Shown here: in pieces, positions 8,479 through 18,900 of the stretch
Layout of the letters: every line of letters starts with the position of its first letter
Position numbering within the stretch: the first letter of the stretch is position 1
IMG/VR virus record: IMGVR_UViG_3300042695_001243
Coordinates: 182 to 64,181 of that record
DNA: 64,000 nt
Source: a virus
Taxonomy: Duplodnaviria > Caudoviricetes
Direction: 5' to 3' (one strand)
Notes under the pieces: model-generated
Database searches by the model: none
What the model saw: only the letters and a program-made list of their open reading frames with translations
Told to the model about the DNA's origin: nothing
Translations under genes and position numbers: made by a program

Positions 8479-10104
8479 TCATACCAAGACCACCATTTCC
8501 TGCGTGACCGCTGAAAGGTGCGACTGGAGAAATACCGTGTCGTAGATGTCCGTGCCGTCAATGGCGCAATACGCGGCCATCCGGTTGCCCACTGTGCCGG
8601 TGCCCGACTGAAGAAAGTCAGTAGGCGTGAACAAGGCCAGCACCCGGTTTTGCACGTCAAAGCGGTACATCTGGCTGATGGTGCTTGCGACATACAGGTT
8701 CGCGTAGAACATGCGCCCCTCGTTTGAAAACGGCGAATAACAGCCGCTTGACCCCGCATTGGGCAGGGCACCAGGAGAGCCGTCATAGGTGATCGCCCCG
8801 GTCCATGTACCGGTGATGCTGGCTGCAATGTCCAGCACGTCCAGGGTCGCCGCGCCGCCTCGGAAGAAGTAGCACATGGAATGCCGCGCATTGCGGGCTG
8901 CGTCTGGCCGAATACCCCACGACGGCATCCACATGCCACCCGCCGCGTTGGCCGCAGGGGAAGCGCCAAAGTAGGTCGTGCTCCAGGTGTTCGCCGGGAT
9001 GTTGTTGGTGCCGTTGTTGACGGTGGCGTCGCCGTAGTTGTAGGTGTAGACCGTGGTGGCGGCAGAACTGCGCAACAAAATCAGGTTCGGCAGTTCAATG
9101 ACGAACTTGGCGCTGCTGCTCGGCGTGACCGTCCAGGCAGTGCCCAGCGTATAGACCGCCGAAGGCCCTGCGGTGTGGCTGGCAATGATGCGCCGCTGAC
9201 CTACCGCCGTGACGTTGACCGCATCCTCGACAATGCGAATCTGGAAATTGCGGAACTCGTTGGCTGCCACCACGGCATCGCCCAGCGTGGCCTGCCCGGT
9301 GAGCGTGCTGGCGCCCGACGCAGTGGCCGTCAACGCATACCGCGACACCAGGCCAGTGTCGTAGTTGTAAGCGCCCTTAATCATCCCATCGCCAGGGGAG
9401 CAGTCGAAGGGCGTGTACTGCTCATCCAGCACCATCAAGCTGGAGTCCGTACCGATAGTTGCTGGCAGGTTCGTCGTCGCCATCGAGGCCAACGTATTGG
9501 AGCCCACCTCGAAAGACCGCCAGGACGTAGCAGCCAATGCACCAGCCGACAGCATCATCACGCGGCCAGCGATGATTTCATACCGCGATCCAGCCACGGG
9601 CGTAAACCCGAAGCTGGACAGCACCTGAATCGATGGGGTGGTGCCCGCTGTGTTGCCGGTGATAAAGCGCTCTGCCGTCCTACCAGAGCCACCCGCGCCG
9701 TTGTCGATGATGCGCAGCTTGAAGCCGTATTCACCCGACCCGCCACGATTGGCGAGCATGTTCAGGCCAACCGCCGTAGGCAGCGCAGTCGTCAACGTGA
9801 CGCTGGTTGTGGTGGCCCCCGCTGCGATAGTGCCCACCAAACCCAGCGAAGGGGCAAATGCTGACGCAGCGCCAGCACCAAAAGTGCCGCCCAGGCCAGG
9901 ATTCACAACGAATGACGAACCCTTGGTGATGATGTTGTAGCGGCTGAGGGTGGTTGCGTTGACCAGCTGGTACACGAACGGGTTGCGTGATACGTCATCG
10001 CGCAAATCACTGCACACGCTGACCGCCGCCCCATGGGCGCTGGGCAATGGAGGTACTTGCCTCCACACCATTTGGTCTATCACTTTTTTGAAGGTGTTGG
10101 CCAT
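8479..10104 (-). CDS. Putative virion appendage / receptor-binding protein
   Basis: 541 aa, beta-rich G/T/A composition, GAGG RBS, tail-gene position. Confidence 0.6.
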   Translation of the reverse strand: MANTFKKVIDQMVWRQVPPLPSAHGAAVSVCSDLRDDVSRNPFVYQLVNATTLSRYNIITKGSSFVVNPGLGGTFGAGAASAFAPSLGLVGTIAAGATTTSVTLTTALPTAVGLNMLANRGGSGEYGFKLRIIDNGAGGSGRTAERFITGNTAGTTPSIQVLSSFGFTPVAGSRYEIIAGRVMMLSAGALAATSWRSFEVGSNTLASMATTNLPATIGTDSSLMVLDEQYTPFDCSPGDGMIKGAYNYDTGLVSRYALTATASGASTLTGQATLGDAVVAANEFRNFQIRIVEDAVNVTAVGQRRIIASHTAGPSAVYTLGTAWTVTPSSSAKFVIELPNLILLRSSAATTVYTYNYGDATVNNGTNNIPANTWSTTYFGASPAANAAGGMWMPSWGIRPDAARNARHSMCYFFRGGAATLDVLDIAASITGTWTGAITYDGSPGALPNAGSSGCYSPFSNEGRMFYANLYVASTISQMYRFDVQNRVLALFTPTDFLQSGTGTVGNRMAAYCAIDGTDIYDTVFLQSHLSAVTQEMVVLV

Positions 10105-10113
10105 GTTGATTCC

Positions 10114-10530
10114 TCAAGTAATGCGAGCGCGCACACACTGCGCCCAGGCGGTGCGGTTGGTGTCAAGAATCTGCATGCGGGCCATGTAGCCGTCCAAGTT
10201 GTTCAGCGAGGTGACTGCGCCGCATGTGGTGACCGTTGTCACAGTCGAGACGGTCGAAACGGTTGTGACCGTGCCGGATTCGACGACCACGGTGCCGCGC
10301 TGCCGTTGCAGGCTTTTGTCGTACCCCAAAGGGGCCATCAGCATCTGCAAGATTCGCAACAGCAGGTTGCCGCTATCGGCGTCCGCAACGGGCAGCGGCG
10401 CGGCCTCACTGACCGGGGTTGCGGACGCGGCAGGCCCGGTCGCTAGCTTGACCACCTGATAGTGCTCCGCACCGACAATATCGGTGGCAAGCGTCGGACC
10501 GCCGGCTGATGGATTGAGGGTAAGAGACAT
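10114..10530 (-). CDS. Putative tail appendage protein
   Basis: TVTTVSTV repeats; in operon. Confidence 0.6.
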   Translation of the reverse strand: MSLTLNPSAGGPTLATDIVGAEHYQVVKLATGPAASATPVSEAAPLPVADADSGNLLLRILQMLMAPLGYDKSLQRQRGTVVVESGTVTTVSTVSTVTTVTTCGAVTSLNNLDGYMARMQILDTNRTAWAQCVRARIT

Positions 10531-10533
10531 TCT

Positions 10534-10899
10534 TTATCCTGCAGAAAGGTGATCGTGGGCTGCCGTGCGCAAGAATGGCGCGGCGTCATTCGGGTCTTGG
10601 GCCAGCACGGTGAAGGACTCCAGATCGGAGCGGTCGAGGCCCGTGAAGCTGTAGGTGCCATCCGATGCAGTGATAGCCCGCTCAATCAGGCGCATGTTGG
10701 GGTGGTAAATCAGCCCCACCGAGACACCAGCTCGCGGCGTGCCGCCCACCAGCACAGTCCCGGAAATCACGCCGCCCGCGTCCACGTCAACATGCTTGGG
10801 GTCACCCGCTGTCCTGCGCGCATACACCACAGACGACACCACCTTGCGGGAAGCAATCGGTGGAACCGGGTTGAAACCTACCGCGCCAAGGTCAGCCAT
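10534..10899 (-). CDS. Tail-associated beta-sandwich protein (carboxypeptidase-regulatory-like)
   Basis: ISGTV...TASDGTYSFTGL motif. Confidence 0.6.
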   Translation of the reverse strand: MADLGAVGFNPVPPIASRKVVSSVVYARRTAGDPKHVDVDAGGVISGTVLVGGTPRAGVSVGLIYHPNMRLIERAITASDGTYSFTGLDRSDLESFTVLAQDPNDAAPFLRTAAHDHLSAG

Positions 10900-10901
10900 G
10901 G

Positions 10902-11846
10902 TCAGCTCCAGGTATCGGAGGTTTCAATGACGACGTTCGCCGCATTGGTCACACCCACCGCAAGTTGGCCAAATATCTGGAACGTGCGCCCCGACAAGGC
11001 CCCTGCCCCGCCAGACCAGGTAGTACGGTGCCCACCAATGTCAGCAGGTAGGTGGTGCTGCTCCCACAGGCCGGGGATTCGGCCACGGCGATAGCCGTCG
11101 CAAACCAAGGCGGGTTGCGACTGCAGCAGTCCGCTGCGCACTCGGTCAGGGTATGGGTTTCGGTTGCTGCCAGTCCCAAACATCGAGATCGTGCCATTGA
11201 CGCTGGTGCGTGTATCGCTGTAGATCGACGATGCCACCGCCCCAAGCACCCCCGTGTCGCTGCGCATGACCCAGATGCCGCTGGGGCTTGCTTGGTCCAC
11301 GTAACCCACCCAACCAGCGCCGTCGTATGTGCCTGCGATGAGTACATCGTTAAATGTGTCCCCTGGAAAGTCGCTGAAGAACTTTCCAAAGGCCATGTAC
11401 TCCGGGTAAGTCCCCCCATCGCCCTGCTCCACTATCAGGTGAAAGAACGACGATGTGGCGACCATCACCCAAGAAGAATTGGGGGTGGTCCGGGCGTTAT
11501 AAAAATACCCGAGTGTGGCTCCGTTACCGGCCACCTGCCCAAGCGTGGGGCATGGCCCGGTGCCCGTACTGATGGCGGTCATGCTCTCGTAGGCGCGCAC
11601 CTTGATGACGCGGTTGAGGCTCGCGTCCGTACCGCCGTCGAATACGCGCAAGAACCGGTTGTTCCCGCCAGCGCCCTGCCTGAAGGCGATCAGGCTGGTA
11701 CCGGTGAATGGCGCAGACCAGCCAGCGCCGGCCTTGCTTCCATAGCCATCCACCAGGCAAGCCTGCATCACGGCAATCAGAGAGCCGTTAGCGTTGGATA
11801 GCAGGGGCGCTCCCGAGTCCGTGGAGCGGTAGACGGTGACTGGCAT
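10902..11846 (-). CDS. Tail fibre-associated protein
   Basis: YRSTDSGAP...GSLIAVMQACLVDGYG..AGW N-terminal pattern typical of phage tail genes. Confidence 0.65.
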   Translation of the reverse strand: MPVTVYRSTDSGAPLLSNANGSLIAVMQACLVDGYGSKAGAGWSAPFTGTSLIAFRQGAGGNNRFLRVFDGGTDASLNRVIKVRAYESMTAISTGTGPCPTLGQVAGNGATLGYFYNARTTPNSSWVMVATSSFFHLIVEQGDGGTYPEYMAFGKFFSDFPGDTFNDVLIAGTYDGAGWVGYVDQASPSGIWVMRSDTGVLGAVASSIYSDTRTSVNGTISMFGTGSNRNPYPDRVRSGLLQSQPALVCDGYRRGRIPGLWEQHHLPADIGGHRTTWSGGAGALSGRTFQIFGQLAVGVTNAANVVIETSDTWS

Positions 11847-11849
11847 GAC

Positions 11850-12254
11850 TTAGGCGTTCCCGTCTGTCAGGGTCTTGCTGGTCACGGTCACGGTTTGGCC
11901 AGCGGCGATGCTGGTGTTGTCCACCGTCATGGAACCACCACCGCCCGTAGCGGTGATGTTCCCCTGCTCGTCGCAGTTGGTGGCAGCGCTGTCATAGACG
12001 CGGTAGTAGCCCGCCGTACCTGCGGCGGCCGCTGCAACGGTCCAGGAACCGCTGAGTACCTTGCTGCCGTTACTCGCAGCAGCCAGCCAGTCGGCGGGGC
12101 AGGTGATTTCGGCGATCAGCGTACCGGTCGGGGCAGCCGCACAGTTAGCTGGCATGGCGCCGCTGTAGATGCGCAGCTTGGGCGATGTGCCGATGGTTGT
12201 CTCAATGACATCGAGACGGGCGTTGCGAACGCGGACAGAAAATTGAACGGGCAT
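11850..12254 (-). CDS. Virion structural protein
   Basis: RNARLD..LRIYSG..GTAGYYRV motif; resembles 33579-34031. Confidence 0.65.
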   Translation of the reverse strand: MPVQFSVRVRNARLDVIETTIGTSPKLRIYSGAMPANCAAAPTGTLIAEITCPADWLAAASNGSKVLSGSWTVAAAAAGTAGYYRVYDSAATNCDEQGNITATGGGGSMTVDNTSIAAGQTVTVTSKTLTDGNA

Positions 12255-12264
12255 GGCGGTTCCT

Positions 12265-12885
12265 TCAAGGGGTAGTCGTGATTTCGGTTTTCATAAGTAC
12301 GGCACCCTCCAGCAAGGCCGTAACCCGGCCCGCCTGGGATACCAATTCAAGGTCGTACTGGCCTGAACTCCAGGAAAACCGCTCGGTCATCGAGGCGGCA
12401 ATCGACAGGTCAATGACTTTTTCAACGTCATCCAACAAGATGCCGCCGCCTACATCAGAGGTCATTGAATGCAGTACGGCCCCGCCAGGGCGGTCGCGTA
12501 TCTGCATGCGCGCTGTGTATCCGGTCAATGGCTGTGGGGTAAGCCATGCCAGATAGCCGGTAGTGCTTCGGTGGGCACCAAAATCTGTTGCGCTGATTTC
12601 GTTGAACTCAATTGCCGTTGCGTTCACCACCGTGGCTCTGCGCATATCGGCGCGCCTGGGTGGGTTGCTCGCTGCGTTAAGGTCTGCAAGGCCCTTCGCC
12701 CCCACCACGGCCACGGACCAGCCGTTTGGAATGTTGTGAGGCGATACGGTATTGATGCGGACAGGGGCAGTCTGCGAGATTGATGCAATCGGCGCGTATT
12801 GCCACGGTTCTGTTTCCCAGCGCACAGCCAGGGCGAAGGTTTCGCCCCTGCGGATTTCTAGGTCGAGGGAAAGAGCGGCAGGCAT
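12265..12885 (-). CDS. Tail/baseplate-adaptor-like protein
   Basis: IRRGETF...LTGYTARMQIR...YDLELV motif; start placed by late-promoter spacing. Confidence 0.65.
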   Translation of the reverse strand: MPAALSLDLEIRRGETFALAVRWETEPWQYAPIASISQTAPVRINTVSPHNIPNGWSVAVVGAKGLADLNAASNPPRRADMRRATVVNATAIEFNEISATDFGAHRSTTGYLAWLTPQPLTGYTARMQIRDRPGGAVLHSMTSDVGGGILLDDVEKVIDLSIAASMTERFSWSSGQYDLELVSQAGRVTALLEGAVLMKTEITTTP

Positions 12886-12920
12886 GGGAACCAGTGTTCC
12901 CGTTTGCCTGCAACCTTTCA

Positions 12921-12935
12921 AACCAAACAGGGGGG
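12921..12935 (-). promoter_or_regulatory. Late-promoter motif copy 1
   Basis: AACCAAACAGGGGGG on + strand; one of six copies. Confidence 0.7.
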
Positions 12936-12951
12936 CACCCCCTGCGCCTCT

Positions 12952-15900
12952 CTACCCTGTGCTGCGCGTGCGCTCCAGTTCTTCACGCATTTGCTGGCGC
13001 AGCGCCTTCGGTGCAGTCTCGGCAATGCGCTGTAGTCGATCCTTGCCCATTTCGCGCACCCGCTTCCACACATCGGGCATCCTCACAGTAATGCGCTGGT
13101 CCGGGTTGTTCCGGTTCCAGGCATCCAGCCGGTCGCGCACATCCTGTAGCGCTGCATCATCCTTGTTGAAAAGCGCCGTCGCCCATTGCGCCTTGATCTC
13201 ATTGCTGGTCTGGCTGTAGAAGCTCTTGCTGCGCTGCGTGAAAGCGCTGGCCTGCTGAACCTCGGCCACGCTGCGAGGCTGGAATCCGATGGCCTTGGCC
13301 ATGGCCTCTGGCAGCGTTGTGTCAAGCACCTTATAGCCCTTGGCGTCCTTGTACATCCCGCTGGCAGCCATATCGACGCCTTTGACCGCATTGCGAACGG
13401 CAGACGGCGACACCTCCAGGGCCGATCCACTGAAATCGCCAGTCAGAAACTTGCGCGCGCCAGTGAAACCTCGGGAAATCAGGTCGCCCGCTGGCCCCGC
13501 AATTTCCAGCATATCGCGGTCGCGGTTTTCCTTGGTCAGCAGCAGGCCAGTACCGGGAATCAGGTTGCCCATGCCCAGGCGGCCCGACACATCAATGGGC
13601 GCCCCCGGCATTCCAGACACGCCACTCTCAATGAAATTAGCCAGTTCCTTGCCCAGCGTGTCGCGCATTGCTTCCTTGCGCCATTGCTTGACGCTCACGT
13701 TGTAGCCCATCAACTGCCCGATACCGTCGATCAAATCCTCCAAATCCTCGGCAAACGGCAGGCCACCAGCGCCGCCCATCAGCATCAGCATGACCATAGA
13801 CCACGCCACCGCACGACGGCCCGCCGCACGCTCTGCATGGAATGCCGGGCTGCCGGGCGTCCCGGCATTCCATGTGCGTTGCAGCAGTTCAAGGTAGGAC
13901 ACACTGTAGGTCTTGAACGTCATCAAGGTTCCACCCAGAGCACCACGCGCCCATTGAGCCTTATTTGCCTTTGAGTACAAAAACTGTGTTTCCAGCACAG
14001 CCTTGCGGGCAAAGTCGGCTGGGTTCTGCATACCCTGAGCCTTGGCCATGCGGAAAGCAGCAATGAACGTGCTGCGGCGGTTGAACTGCTCGGCCAGTGC
14101 GAACGGCTGGCCCCACAGCACCTTGGTGCGCTCCCAGGTGTTGGACGCTGCCGCCCGCGCATCGCCCCGCCGGGTGCCGTCACCGGACCGCAAACCACCA
14201 GCGCCGCGAGCCTGCGCCATCAGCATGTGGATTTCCTGCGGTGCCACAGTGCCATCTTCCACAGCCTGATGCAGCGCCCGCTGCAGGTCTGGCTCGCCCT
14301 TGAAATCCTTTTTGCCCACATCCTTGACGGCGCGCGTCAACTGCGCGCTCGCCCGGCGCATTCCCCCGAACTGGCTCAGGTAGGGCATAGTCACAGCAAA
14401 GGGCTGGGTCATGTTCACGAAGGCAGAAGCCACCGAGCCGCCTAGATATTGGGCAAACAGCATCCCCCGAATGGCCTGGCCTTCTTCCTGCGGATCGCGA
14501 ATGTACGACTGCAGGCCCAGCGCCACATCCTTGAGTTCACCCTGCTCCTTGGGGATGTTGTTGATTGCGGCCTCCATCGTGCCCGCATTGAGCCCGCCGG
14601 CCGCCTGTCGTGCATTGGAGTACACAAAGCTGGCCAACACGCGGCCAACATCCTCAGAGTACCCGGCAATCCCCTTGCGGTGAATCAAGCGCTTCAAGGC
14701 ACTGTTATTGTTTTTGGTCAGCTTGATGTACTGCTGAAACGCCTTGTCCTGGGCGCCGTCACCCTCTGCGTCCAGGCCCAGCATGTTCCCGAAAAGCTCC
14801 AACGACTCGGGCGTGATGCCTGCGAACAGCTTGTATTCCTCCTGGCTCATGGTGCCTTGCGTTACCGTCGCGCCTTCGTACTGGTCGCGCATCTTGAGTT
14901 TCATCAAGTTTGCTTCGCGGGCAGTTTCAAACATGCCGAAATACTGGCGCTCGCCATTGGCATCAACAACGTCCAATGTGTGACGCCCAAAGCGCGACAG
15001 TGGAGCGTAGCCCTGAGCTATCAACTCCTGAGCCGTGTCAAAACGCTTGCGCAGTTGGTGCATCTGGTCAGCCAGGCGCTCCCGCTGGTCGGGCATTTCC
15101 GTTGCTTCAAGCTCCAGCGTGTCCACCAGTAGCGTTAGTGCGTCTGTCATTGACGGGGCTTGCATCACAGCATCGCGCATGGCCGCGTAATCAACACCCA
15201 GCAGGCGCAGCATGTCGGCACGCGCAGTGATGTCAATGGATCGGTCAATGGCCGCCCTTGCCTCTTGGTACAGGCTAATTTGCAGCGGTGTCGCGTTGAA
15301 CAGGGATTTAAGCTCCTGCTCAGACCACACCACACCAGACTTGAGAATGGTGCTTTGGAACCGGGTGTTGATAGCCGATTCATACTGATCCAGAGGCAAG
15401 CCGCGCCACATCTTGAGCACGCCCGCATCCAATCGGCCAGCGCGCAGCATCATCTGCGCCTTTTTGTCGGCTGGCAGATTGGCGTATTTCTTCTCCAGGT
15501 CATTCACCAGTACAGCCTTGCCATCAGCATCGCGGCCCCAAAGCAGCGTACCCTCAAACAGTGGCCGTGCAATCGCCTTGTTGTCCTCGGCGCTGATCGG
15601 CTTCTTCTTGATGATGTCAGCCAATGTTTCAATGCGGGGAAGCAGGCGCGGCGCAGCGTCGGCCACTTCATTGGCCAGGGTGCTCACGTCATCAATGAAC
15701 CGCTGGGCTGCCTCAAACACCGGCTTGAACACCGCAGAGCGCTCGGCCAGGTGGCGCATGGTGCCCACCGTCTTGTCCCACAGAGATACCTTGCCCGGAT
15801 AGCTCAGGGTCTTGTGAACTTGGTCAAGGGCGCTTTCCTTGAGACTGGTCAGCTTGGAGCGGCTGAAGTTGATGCGGTCATCCTGGGGGTCGAAATTGCC

Positions 15901-18900
15901 GTTGTTGCCAATGGCGCTTTTGATCTGGGCGGGGGTGAAGGCAATGTGCGAATTACCCTTGCTCTCTCGCGTGTTTTCGTACACAACACCGTCGAAACCG
16001 GCAGCTTCGATTGCTTTTCGCAACTTCTTGCGCCCAAACACCCCCTTGAACTTGTCGGAGGCCGCATCCGTCTGCAAAATTCCAAACTGTTTTAACTGCG
16101 GCACCACAAGTTGGCCAGTCCACGCCCCAAGGTCTTCTAACCTCAACGGGTTTTGGAGGTTTAGATAGACTGGGACAGATCGAAGGCCAAGACTTTGACC
16201 GCTATCGCTTTTCATTTTTGAAATGTCGTTGGCTTGATCCTTACTGCCAAAGTGCGCGCCCAAGTCACCTAGATCAATATCAAACGCTTCAAAATCGTTA
16301 GCCGTCCCGTGATACACCACCAGCGGCTCACCCGTGTCGGGGTCAACGACCTTGGAGACGGTGGCGGGGTTGAATTTCTGGATGCGATCGACTAAGATGG
16401 AGGCAAGCCCGGTGGGGCCGGTTAGAAGTCGGGAGCCATTGGTTCTGTCTGCGTCTACCATTTCTGGCACCGGGCTTACCTCATTCTCAACGGCAATTGC
16501 CTCAACCGAATAGACGCGGTTGCCTTGAACACCAGCAAACTCCTTGACAGTCATTTTGACGAGTCGGGCTTGGTCTCCTACCCGCATAGGCGCGAACATA
16601 CGACGCAGCCCTATGACGTTAGGATTGCTATCTCGGTCAGACTTGACCCAGCCTGTAACCGCTTGCGCAAATAGCATGTCGATATTGGCAACAGCCAGCG
16701 AATGCTCGGCAGCAGACTCCGATTTATGCACGGCACTGGCTGACAGCATTTTGTCAAGATTGCTTCGTGACACAATGGCCTTGACGCCATCCAAACTGAA
16801 GATAGGCTTGCCTTGGAAAGCTTTTGCCTCTATTCGGGCCTGGCCAAATGTGGAAGCTTGGCGCAGTTTCTGCGATGCAAGCTCCCAATCCCCAAACCAA
16901 GCCTTGAACTTCGGTGTCCTGACCTGTAACCACTGCCCATAGGTCAGCTTCGTTTTGCCCTCTGCCTTGGCCTTCTCCCACGCTTGCCGTCCACCATAGG
17001 CTTGCTCAACGGCTTTGAGTTCGGCATGGTTGTCGCTGGTTCCATCATTGCTGCCCCGGCTGAAAGCCAACATGGCCCGCTGTAGCGACTGCATTGGAGT
17101 CTCATTGCGACGGGTCACATAGCCTTGGGCGGGCAGGATATAGCTGCGCACAATTTCGGCATCCGTCAGCGCCAGATTCTTGAACCCAGGCACATTGGCG
17201 CGCAGCCATGTGCGGATAGCAGCAATGGCGCGCTGAACGAAGCCGATGGTCGGGTGTGACTCGGCCATCTCGGCCAGCACTTCCTCGGCGGCAGACAGAC
17301 GGCGTTTTTCGCTCAAGGCGTTCCAGGCGTCTACATCGTTCAAATCCTTGTCCACCATGCCGTACTCGCGTGCCTTGGCCAGCACGTCCTTGCGGCGCAT
17401 GGTTCCTATCTGCTGCAGTATGGGCTTGAGGCTATCTCCGAATACAGCGCGCAGCCCGTAGTGGCCCAGCACCTCATGGAAAAGAACCTCGGCAACATCC
17501 TGCGGGCTATTGAGCATGTCCGACAGCAGGTACACCTTGCCCTTGTAGATGAAACCACGGGCCTCTCCGTCGCTACCCTGACTCCTGAGTTCTGCGTCAT
17601 AGTCGCGCACGCGCTGCGGTATGTCGGCATCCTGCAAGTTGCGCACGACGATGATCTCGGGCTTGCGGTACCACTTTGCAGACAAGCGCTCCACCAGCTT
17701 TTGTGCGGCCTCCCGCCATGCGTTGCTTTCGGCGCTGGGGGTGGTTTGATCCTGCCCCACATCCTTGCGAAAAGCTGGCGAATTGGCGCTACGGCTGAAC
17801 ATGGCCACGTTGCCATCTTCATCGGTGCGCGTCTGCACCGTGTCAAACAAGGCATCAAACGCCTGCGCAATCGGCGCTTCTTCCTCGGGTTTCAGGTACG
17901 GGTAACGCTCATCATTCTTGCCACTGGCCAGCCACTCATCCCACGACCGAATGTTGGCCAAAAAGTCATTGCTTCTGCCATGCTGCGCCATCTTGGAAAT
18001 GACGTAGTTCTCAAAGCTGCGCGCCGCCCGCTCAATGATCCGGCTCCAGTAACCGCTGGCCGACTTGTCCAGCATGCTTGAGCGCTTTGCCATGGGCGAA
18101 TCATTGAGCGCCTGCACCAAGTCAGAGAACGCTTTTTCAACCTCTGGCCGGACGCCCTCCTTGTGCGACGGGTCTCGCTCAAAGGCGTTCGCCGCCGCGT
18201 TTTCCTCCAACGTCTTTGCCTCGTCATACAAGCCACGGCTCTTGAGCCACTCACGCAGTTGTGCGCTGGTGCGCGGCCCTACAAACCGCTTGCCCATCTT
18301 GGGCACCCATGCCGCTTCGGGCTTATAGGTCACATAGTTGCTTCGCCGGTAAGCATCCTGGTCCCCGTTAAAAGGCACCTCACCGCCACGCATCCGACTG
18401 AAATAGTTGTCCAGGGCGTGAAACCACTCGTGGGCCAGCGATCCAGCCCCGCGCGTCTTGGTCAAGTTGATAACCAAATTGCTAGGCTCAAAATGTGCGG
18501 CATGCTTGCCACTACCACGCGCCCCAAGGGACAGTCCCAGCGTGCCGTTGAGGCTGATCGCCCGTGACGGAATGCCCAGCAATTCGGCAAGATCCAACAG
18601 CCCGTCATAGGCATCATTGAGCAAGCCCTGCCGGTCTTTAGCGCCCTTGCCCTGGGCCACCCAGTTCCCAAACTGTACCCCGCGAAAGCCAAAGGCTTGC
18701 GTAAACATATCCTCCGTCACATCTCGGCCCTTGCGCCGGTCTTGTCCGATGCGCTCGCGGTTCTCCTCGCGGCGCATGTCGGCCTTGCCCACGTTGTCGC
18801 GCGCCTTCACCAACTCCCACGCGGCCTGCGCCTCGGCGGTCGATTCATTAAGCCACTTGCGCGCCTGCTCCACCGCATCAGTGCCCGTAAATTCCTTCAA

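Noticed and set aside
7092-9864. Long + strand ORFs (e.g. 7092-8003, 8881-9864; also 37336-38487)
   Set aside because: Antisense shadows of GC-rich genuine genes; no motifs or RBS.
7064-12885. Diversity-generating retroelement as in BPP-1-like phages
   Set aside because: No reverse transcriptase and no adenine-specific TR/VR pair seen.
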